In this document: in pieces, positions 8,462 to 17,300 of the stretch
Position numbering within the stretch: the stretch's first letter is position 1
How the letters are laid out: each line of letters opens with the position of its first letter
Assembly (NCBI GenBank): GCA_041500405.1
Contig: JBGQMB010000015.1
Span: 1 to 22,166, forward strand
Reading direction: 5' to 3'
Length of the DNA: 22,166 nt
Origin: Candidatus Micrarchaeia archaeon
Lineage (GTDB): Archaea > Micrarchaeota > Micrarchaeia > Anstonellales > J096
Notes under the pieces: generated by a model
The model's input: only the letters and a program-made list of their open reading frames with translations
The model's database searches: none
Told to the model about the DNA's origin: nothing
Program-made: the position numbers and the translations under genes

Positions 8462-8629
8462 AAGTCCTTTTTCTTTTGGGCTTTTTCAGAAAAAGCCCAG
8501 GGAAAAACCGACGTTTTTGCTGAAGCTTTTTCAAAAAGCTTCTTGGGGAAAAAGAAAGCGTTTTGGGCTCTGCGGAGCAGAAATACTCTTCTTTCCCCAG
8601 GGGCTTTCTTTCGCAAAAGAAAGGGCCTT
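8462..8629. repeat. Cluster of degenerate copies of the intergenic palindromic repeat
   Basis: aagtcctttttcttt leader at 8462. Hairpins at 8477-8499 (TGGGCTTTTTC-A-GAAAAAGCCCA) and 8522-8542 (GAAGCTTTTT-C-AAAAAGCTTC), the latter followed by ttggggaaaaagaa. Inverted copy at 8589-8629 with hairpin 8604-8623. Confidence 0.8.
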
Positions 8630-8672
8630 ATTATAAAGTTTGTGCATCAACTGCATAATCGCGTGAATCATT

Positions 8673-9197
8673 ATGCACAGCCTTGTTCCAAGCAAAGTGT
8701 TTTTCGTAAAGGGCGTCGGCAGGCACGCCGACCGGCTGAACTCATTCGAGGAGGCGCTTCGGGACGCCGGCATACAGATGTTCAACCTCGTTACCGTTTC
8801 CAGCATAATCCCCCTGCATTGCGAAATCGTGCCTGCCTCAAAAGGCCTGAAATGCCTCGAGCCGGGCGAGATTGTCTTTTGCGTGATGGCAAGGACATCA
8901 ACCAACAAGGCCGCGCCGATTTCAGCCTCAATAGGATGCGCACTGCCCGCAGACAAAAACAGCTATGGTTATCTGAGCGAATACCATTCGTCCAGTGATT
9001 CCGAAAAAAAGGCGGGGGATTATGCCGAAGGCCTTGCGGCCTCGATGCTCGCGTCCGCGCTTGGCAAAAAGAGCCCAAGGATATCCAAGACAACAAACTT
9101 CACGCAAACGGCAATGGGAAAGGAAGGCGTTTGGACAATAGTGGTCTCCGCGGCGGTGTTTGTCCTGCCGGACGGCATTGCCAAAAGGAAGGAATAA
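8673..9197 (+). CDS. pdaD: Pyruvoyl-dependent arginine decarboxylase
   Basis: VP.KVFF..GVG.H..RL.SFE.ALRDAGI..FNLV.VSSIIP with the Ser-Ser autocleavage site, plus GYLSEYH and W..VVSAAVFV. TATA-like TTATAAA at 8631-37. Confidence 0.93.
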   Translation: MHSLVPSKVFFVKGVGRHADRLNSFEEALRDAGIQMFNLVTVSSIIPLHCEIVPASKGLKCLEPGEIVFCVMARTSTNKAAPISASIGCALPADKNSYGYLSEYHSSSDSEKKAGDYAEGLAASMLASALGKKSPRISKTTNFTQTAMGKEGVWTIVVSAAVFVLPDGIAKRKE

Positions 9198-9222
9198 ATA
9201 TCTAACCGTTTTAGGTGACAAC

Positions 9223-9381
9223 ATGGGAAAAACAAAAAGGGACCTTTTGAAGAGGAAGTCAACCCTCAAGGCCAGGCTCGAGAAGCTTGAGGTAGAAGCA
9301 AGGAAGGATCCGCTGAAGAAAAACTTCAAGCTCCATCAGGAGCTGGAAGAGGTAAAAAAGCAGCTGGCGGCCGAGGAATGA
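9223..9381 (+). CDS. Small basic coiled-coil hypothetical protein (52 aa)
   Basis: SD-like AGGTGA just upstream of ATG 9223. Its stop overlaps the tmk start (ATGA). Sequence MGKTKRDLLKRKSTLKARLEKLE...QLAAEE. Confidence 0.7.
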   Translation: MGKTKRDLLKRKSTLKARLEKLEVEARKDPLKKNFKLHQELEEVKKQLAAEE

Positions 9382-9959
9382 CCATGATTGTCGCGATAGA
9401 GGGCATCGACGGGTGCGGAAAGACCACGCAGGCATTCCTGCTTTCGTCGGACCTGAAGATTGAGCAGCTCAGGTTTCCCGACTACAACACGATGCCCCAG
9501 ATAAGGGACTTCCTTGAGGGAAAGATACAGGTGCATCCGAAGGCCCTTTTCCTGATGTACCTTGCGGACATCTGCCAAGGCATTTACAAATCCGGCTTTG
9601 AGAAGAAGCCTATTTTGCTTGACAGGTATGTCTATTCAACTGTCGCATACGCAAGGACACTGGACAGGAAAGTGGCGATGAGCATAATAAAGGAAATCGC
9701 GCCGCCTATTCCGGACATTGTTTTCTGGATGGACATTTCGGCAGAAACGGCACTTGAAAGGAAGGCCAACCACAAGACTCCCGACAGGTACGAAAAGGAC
9801 CTTGAGTTCATGAAGGAAGTGCGCTCGGTTTACGAGGACATGCACAAAAGCAAATTCTACGCAAAGGAATGGATAAGGCTGGACGCGACAAGGAAGATAG
9901 AGGACGTGCACGCCGAGATAATGGCAAAGCTCAAGGGAAAAATTCCTGAAAAGAAGTAG
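9378..9959 (+). CDS. tmk: Thymidylate kinase
   Basis: P-loop IEGIDGCGKTTQ, RFP, LLDRYVYSTVAY, and PDIVFWMD. Confidence 0.95.
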   Translation: MTMIVAIEGIDGCGKTTQAFLLSSDLKIEQLRFPDYNTMPQIRDFLEGKIQVHPKALFLMYLADICQGIYKSGFEKKPILLDRYVYSTVAYARTLDRKVAMSIIKEIAPPIPDIVFWMDISAETALERKANHKTPDRYEKDLEFMKEVRSVYEDMHKSKFYAKEWIRLDATRKIEDVHAEIMAKLKGKIPEKK

Positions 9960-11234
9960 TCATTTCCTGAATTGTATGAAATCCGTTCCCATATAATCAA
10001 CAAGCGCCTTGGGTATTTTCAATCCGTCCTTTTCCTGGAAGTTCTCCATTATTGCTATTAGAGTCCTTCCTACGGCGAGACCGGAGCCATTCAGGGTATG
10101 CGGGAAAAGCAATTCGCCCTTTCTCCTGAACCTTGTCTTCATCCTCCTGCTCTGGAAGTCCGTGCAGTTGCTCACAGAGCTTATTTCCCTGTACTTGTCC
10201 TGGCTCGGAATCCAGACCTCTATGTCATATGTTTTTGCTGAGGCAAACCCCAAGTCCCCGGTGCAGAGCGTTATAACCCTGTACGGCAGCTCAAGCATCT
10301 GCAGTATCCTTTCGGCATCCGCGAGCATGGCCTCGTGCTCCTTCCAGCTGTCCTCCGGCGTCGTTATCTTGACCAGCTCCACCTTGTCAAACTGGTGCTG
10401 CCTCAAAATGCCCTTTATGTCCTTTCCGTAGGAGCCTGCCTCCTTCCTGAAGCACGGCGTGTAGGCAACATACTTTTTCGGAAGCTCCGCCTCCTCCAAA
10501 ATTTCCCCGTTGTGCAGGTTTGTCAGGGGCACTTCGGCTGTCGGAATAAGGCACAGCTTGTTTCCATCACCCTCGGTTGAGTAAAACTCCTCCCTGAACT
10601 TCGGGAGCTGCCCTGTTCCAACCATCATCTCTTCCTTCACGACGTACGGAACCCACATCTCCCTGTATCCCTTCTGCGTCTGCATGTCAAGCATAAAATT
10701 GATAAGCGCCCTTTCCAGCTTGTTGGCCCATCCGGACATCACCGTGAACCGATGCCCTCCAAGTTTCGCGCCCCTGTCAAAATCAAGCACGCCTTCCCTC
10801 ACGCCCAAGTCGTAGTGCGCAAGCACGTCGTTGCTTTTCTTGCTTATCTTTTCCCATTTCCTTATTTCCTTGTTTTGCGTTTCATCCTTTCCAATAGGAA
10901 CGCTCTTGTCCGGGATATTTGGCATGACCATCCAGACGCTTTCCCTTTTGTCAGCGACCTCCTTTTCCTTTGCCTCAAGGTCCGCCATGCCCTTTGCTAT
11001 CTTTTTCGAATCCTCAAGCATCGGCTTGATGTCCTTTCCTGCTTTTTTGGCGTCGCTTATCTTTTGGGTTGTCTGGTTCTTTTTTGCCCTAAGCTCGTCC
11101 AGCTTTGCCTTTATGTTTTTCCACTCATCATCCAGCTTCTTCATTTCCTGCGCCATTTTGGGGTCCATTTGCCTGTTTTTCAATGCATCAGCAACGGCCT
11201 TGGTGTCTTTCCTGATAAGCTCGATGTCTATCAT
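9960..11234 (-). CDS. serS: Seryl-tRNA synthetase (canonical type)
   Basis: N-terminal coiled-coil arm, GTGQLPKF, LIPTAEVP, CFRKEAGS.GKD..GILRQHQFDKVE, EISSVSNCTDFQSRR, and HTLNGSGLAVGR. Confidence 0.98.
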   Translation of the reverse strand: MIDIELIRKDTKAVADALKNRQMDPKMAQEMKKLDDEWKNIKAKLDELRAKKNQTTQKISDAKKAGKDIKPMLEDSKKIAKGMADLEAKEKEVADKRESVWMVMPNIPDKSVPIGKDETQNKEIRKWEKISKKSNDVLAHYDLGVREGVLDFDRGAKLGGHRFTVMSGWANKLERALINFMLDMQTQKGYREMWVPYVVKEEMMVGTGQLPKFREEFYSTEGDGNKLCLIPTAEVPLTNLHNGEILEEAELPKKYVAYTPCFRKEAGSYGKDIKGILRQHQFDKVELVKITTPEDSWKEHEAMLADAERILQMLELPYRVITLCTGDLGFASAKTYDIEVWIPSQDKYREISSVSNCTDFQSRRMKTRFRRKGELLFPHTLNGSGLAVGRTLIAIMENFQEKDGLKIPKALVDYMGTDFIQFRK

Positions 11235-11257
11235 GGTGCTGGTCTTGCCACAAATCG

Positions 11258-11326
11258 TTTAAATACCTGCCTTTTGCAGATGTTGCCATTCACCCACTTT
11301 TTTAAACCCTTTCTTCAATAAAAGGG
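11258..11326. promoter_or_regulatory. Divergent promoter region between serS and the giant ORF
   Basis: TATTTAAA on - (11258-65) lies ~24 nt above the serS ATG. TTTTTTAAA on + (11298-11306) lies ~24 nt above ATG 11330. Inverted repeat CCCTTT-N8-AAAGGG at 11307-11326. Confidence 0.5.
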
Positions 11327-11329
11327 AAT

Positions 11330-14300
11330 ATGGCATCCGCCAACAATAGCTTATATACAGTAGTCCTTTTGTTCGTCGCCCTGCTGGGCGCTGCCATGCT
11401 CATTTCCGGGGAAAACCAAGTCGGGGAAACGCATTATAGCCAATCATCTTTCCCCATGCTGGGCTTTTACGCGGAAAGCGACACTGATGCCGTTTTAGCC
11501 TGCGAGCTGTCCATAGGCGGCAATTCCGTCTATTCCAATGATTCCATTGCCAACGGAACGCAGATAGAGGCGCGTTCCAATTCATCCCTTTCCGACGGGC
11601 AATACCTGTGGGAAATGCGGTGCTCTGATTCCGGTGGCTCAGCCATTGCAGAATCCGGCATACTTGTTATAGACACTGTCCAGCCCTCTGTTTCAATAAA
11701 CGCGGCATGCAGCAACAATGCGCTTTCAATAAACGCATCGGCAGATGACGCCAACCCGTATTACATCGAGGCAAACGCCACCGACGCGTCTGGGATATTA
11801 GTTATGTCCGCTTCTGGAAATTCATCCGTATTCATTGAGATTTCGCCCGTGTCCGCCGGCGCGTACACCATAACCGCAATGGCGCTGGACATGGCAGGAA
11901 ACGCGGGCTATGCGGTTTTTGAGGCAACGGCCGAATGCGCAAACGCGTCCGCGCAAAACGAAAGCGTCGAAACAGCAACAGAAAACGAGACCATAAACGA
12001 GACAGTATCCCCGCCAGAGGAGAACATAACTGAAGAGAACCAAACTATCATCTCCAATGTTTCTGAAGGCAATGAATCTGCGGAATTAGAAAACGCAACG
12101 GAGATGAACCAAACCATCAACGAGACCGTTCCCGAGCCGCCAAAGAACAAGACCAGGGAGGAAGGCTACGGCATTATGGGCGTCGGAGGCCCTGTGCTGA
12201 ACTTTGTTTCGCCAACGCCGGACGACGGTTCTATAGTTCATTCAAACAATATTACAGTCAACGTCACTTCCGATGAAAACCTGAGTTCATGCTACTTTAA
12301 CATCAACGCAACCGGCTTATGGACCAATGTAAAACATCTGGGCGTCAACGGCGGCATTTTTGACTACAATGCCTCAATAGGCGCAGGCGGCTATGCATCA
12401 TCCAATGCACTGAACGTCAAGACTGTTATGGCAGGCGCATTCGACACCTGCTATCTCCTTTCCAACGGCAACTCCACATGCGTGGGCATCAACAATTATG
12501 GCGAGGCAAACAACTATACGGGCGGCGACGCGATTGCGGCTGTGGCGGGCGATACGGAACACACCTGCTACCTGCTCAGCAACGGCAACTCCGCCTGCTA
12601 CGGCGAAAACAGTTACGGCGAATCAACCAGCTACACCGGCGGCGACGCAATCGCGGTCGCGACAGGATATCATCACACTTGTTATATTCTTTCAAACGGT
12701 AGCTCCGCCTGCTACGGCACCAGCAACTGCAACGGCAACTCGCCATGCTTTGGCAGCAATGGGGAATCAACCAACTACACCGGCGGCGACGCAATAGCAG
12801 TTGCGGCAGGACAATTCCATACTTGCTATCTTCTTAGCAATGGCAACTCAACCTGCTATGGCTGGAATGACCGCGGCAGGGCGACCAACTACACGGGCGG
12901 CAACGCAATCGCGCTTTCTGCAGGTGTAGCCCATACTTGCTATCTCCTTTCCAACGGCAGTTCCATATGCTATGGCTACAACGGCTACGGTCAGACAACA
13001 AACTATACGGGCGGCAACGCAATCGCTGTTTCCGCAGGCTATGACCACACATGCTATCTCCTTTCCAACGGAAACTCCACCTGCTATGGCAACAACAACT
13101 GCAAGGGATATGCGCAATGCAGCGGCCAGTCGACCAACTACACAGGCGGAAATGCCATCGCCCTGTCTGCAGGCTATGAACACACATGCTACCTTCTTTC
13201 AAACGGAAACTCCACATGCTTCGGCAGCAACATCTACAACCAGTCAACCAACTACACCGGCGGCGACATAAAAATCCCGTTCGCGCTTGCTAGGAACATG
13301 AATGTGCAAAATGCTGATGCAGACACCTGGGCAGGCGTATCATTGAACCTTTCAGAAGGCTCTTATTTATACAATGCAAACTGCTTGAACGTCACGGGAG
13401 CTTCAAACACAACCGGGAACAGGACAGTGACACTTGAGCTTTACATTTCAATCTCCAATGTCTCGTCAAGAGTCCTCTCAGGGGAGACATCCGCAAATAC
13501 GGTCTGGATTACAGACAAGCTTTCAAACTCAACGGTTGATTATGGAACGACGGCGGCACTTGGGAGCGCCACACCAAACGCTACACTCTCAGCTTCGCAC
13601 AGCGTCACGCTCACGGGCCTCACGCCCCAGATGCTCTATTATTATAATGTTACGTCATGCACCGCGACCGGCACGTGCAACACCAGCGGCCCGTACAACT
13701 TCACCACGGACCTGACCCCGCCGTCGGTCGCCTTTGTTCCGCCCACGCCGGACAACGGCTCAATCGTCCATTCAACCAGCTTTACCGTAAACATCAGCTC
13801 AAGCGAGAACCTGAGCTCCTGTAGCCTTGCGCCTATTATGACGTATAATAGTCTGCCTATGGCAATAGGCGAGCGCCAGTCCTGCTATGTGCTGACAAAC
13901 GGCAATGCCGTATGCTACGGCTCCGATAGCATGGGCGAATTGGCAAACTACACAGGAGGCGACGCAATAGCGGCCGCGGGAGGCCAGCAGTTCACCTGCT
14001 ACCTTCTTTCAAACGGCAATTCCGCCTGCTACGGAGACAATCGCTGGGACCAGTCGACAAACTACACTGGCGGCGACGCCATAGCTCTTTCAGCGAATTA
14101 TGACCACACGTGCTATCTGATTTCAAACGGCAATTCAGTATGCTATGGAAGCTATGACGGAGAGGGCGGCGCGGCTGGACAGACGGTCAACTACACGGGC
14201 GGGAACGCCGTAGGTTTGGCATGCGGACATCTGCACACCTGCTACCTGCTGAACAACAGAACCTCGGTATGCTACGGTTCCAACAGCGAAGGCCAATCGG

Positions 14301-17300
14301 CAAACTACACCGGCGGCAACGCAATCGCGGTCTCCGCAGGAAGGTATTACACCTGCTATCTTCTCTCCAATGGCAACTCCGCTTGCTACGGCAACAACGG
14401 CTACGGCCAGGCAACCAACTACACCGGCGGCAACGCAATCGCGGTCTCCGCAGGGGAAAACCAGGCCTGCTACCTGCTCTCCAACGGCAACTCAGCCTGC
14501 TACGGCAGGAATGACCAAGGCCCTGGCGAGGCAACAAACTACACGGGCGGCAATGCCGTTGCGGTAGTCGCAGGCTGGTATCATACGTGCTATCTGCTGT
14601 CCAACGGCAATTCCGTTTGCTACGGCAGGAACAGCAGCGGCCAATCCGCAAACTATATGGGCGGAGACATAAGAACTCAGTTCCAGGGCGCGCTTCCGTT
14701 CATATTCAATATGCAAATAACCATCAATAATGCGGACGCCGATACGTCGGCAAACGCAACATTCTCCGGCATTCCTGAGAGAGACTATTTATTTTACGCC
14801 AATTGCACGGATTCGCATGGCAATTCAAACATCACCGCAAACAGGACGGTTGCTGTAGAGTACCAGCTTCCAATCTCCGGGGTTTCTTCGACAGTCATAG
14901 CAGGGGAAACATCCGCATATATAATATGGGCAACCGATAAGCCCTCAAACTCCACCGTGAACTATGGCACAACAACAGCGCTTGGAAGCACAACATTCAA
15001 CAGCACCCTCGCCGCATTACACAACAAGACGCTCACGGGCTTAACGCCCCAGACGCTCTATTATTATAATGTTACATCATGCACGGCAACAGGGACATGC
15101 AACACTAGCGGCCCGTACAACTTCACCACAGACCTGACCCCGCCGTCGCTGGACTTCATTGCCCCGACGCCTGCCAATGGCGCAATGCTTCATGCCCGCA
15201 ATCTGACGGTCAATGTCAGCTCCAGCAAGAACTTGACCTCGTGCTCCATTGTCATCAACATAACCAACCAGCTATGGACAAATATAATGCACCTTAACCT
15301 TTTTGGCGGGCGCTTTGACTATAATGCTTCAATCGGCGCCAATAATTATTCCTCATTCAACATGATAAACCGCAACCCTATTGCCACAGGATGGGATCAT
15401 GCCTGTTATCTGCTTAATAGTGGCAACTCAACCTGCTTCGGGGACAACAGCTACAACCAGTCAATCAATTATAGAGGCGGCGACGCAATCGCGGTCTCCG
15501 CAGGAGATAGCAGCACATGCTATCTTCTCTCCAACGGCAACTCAACCTGCTACGGGGACAACGGCTACAACCAGTCAACAAACTACACCGGCGGCAACGC
15601 AATAGCAGTTGCGGCAGGATATTACCACACCTGCTACCTGCTCAGCAACGGCAACTCGGTATGCTATGGCTTCAACACCAGCAACCAAATCCGGCCTTAT
15701 GCCGGCGGCAACGCAATAGCGATTGCAGCAGGCTATTATCACACGTGCTACCTGCTCAGCAACGGCAACTCGGTATGCTATGGCCTCAACGATGTCCGCC
15801 AGGCGACAAACTACACCGGAGGGAATGCAATCGCCCTGGCGGCTGCGGATACCCATGCCTGCTACCTCCTTTCCAACGGAAACTCCACATGCTACGGCGA
15901 CAACGCATGCAACGGCAATTCCCCGTGTTCCGGCGAATCCACAAACTACACCGGCGGCAACGCGATCGCGGTGTCAACCAAGTATGCCCAAACCTGCTAT
16001 CTCCTTTCCAATGGGAATTCCGTCTGTTATGGCTTAAATGGCGACGGCCAGTCAACAAACTACACCGGCGGCGATGCCGTTTCCGTATCCGTAGGAGCCT
16101 ATTTCACCTGTTACCTCCGCTCAAACGGCAACTCCACCTGCTACGGCAACAACAACTGGGGCCAGAGGACCAATTATACAGGCGGAGACATAAGGATCCC
16201 GTTCGTTTTCGCAAGTAACGTGAGCATAAGCAACGCGGATGCCAGCACCTTTGCTGTTCTATCCTTCAGCCTTCCAGATGGCGCATACTCTTATTCCATG
16301 AACTGCACCGACTGGGCCGGCAACTCCAACACGACTAGGAACAGGAGCGTTGTCATGGAGCTTTCCCTTTCGATATATGGCGTTTCGTCAAGCGTCCTGC
16401 CAGGCGAGACCTCCGCATTGCTGCTGTGGAACACCGACAAAAGCTCGAACTCAAGTGTCAACTACGGCACAACAACGGCGCTCGGAACCGTGTCATCCGA
16501 TGGCACACGGTCAACGCTGCACGGCATCACGCTCGCGGGCCTAACGCCCCAGATGCTCTATTATTATAATGTCACGTCATGCACGGCAACAGGGACATGC
16601 AACACCAGCGGCCCGTACAACTTCACCACGGACCTGACCCCGCCGTCGCTCGCCTTTGTCGCGCCCACGCCGGCCAACGGTTCGACAGTCTATTCCAACA
16701 GCGTGACGCTGAACGTTAGCTCCAACGAAAACCTGAGCTCATGCAGCCTTGCGGACCTAGGCACATTCGGCCTTTGGAACAATGTGAGAGCGCTTGGCGT
16801 ATACGGAGGCACATTCGACTACAATGCCTCAACCGGCGTTAACAACTATTCATCGTTCAACATGCTGAACCGCAAGACCGTCGCGGCAGGCGGCCGCCAG
16901 ACATGCTATATTCTCGGCAACGGCAACTCGACATGCTATGGCGACAACAGCTATGGCCCAGGTCAATCGACTAATTACACGGGAGGCAACGCCATTGCGG
17001 TGTCAAGCACCAATTACCACACCTGCTACCTGCTTAACAACGGCAACTCCACATGTTACGGATACAACAGCTACGGTCAAACGACTAGCTACACAGGAGG
17101 CAATGCTGTTGCGGTTTTTGCCAGTTCTTACCACACTTGCTATATTCTCAGCAACGGAAACTCCACCTGCTATGGCGCCAATAATTATGGAATGGCAACT
17201 AACTACTCAGGCGGCAACGCAATCGCGGTCGCGGCTGGCAAATATTTCACCTGCTACCTCCTGAGCAACGGAAATTCCACCTGCTATGGCGATGATACCT

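Noticed and set aside
8299..8998. Track ORFs 8345..8998, 8299..8616 and 8349..8534
   Set aside because: They run through the tRNA-His gene and the palindromic repeat cluster and show no protein-like motifs.
9957..9962. Abutting convergent stop codons of tmk and serS (0-nt gap)
   Set aside because: Real, but ordinary for compact archaeal genomes.
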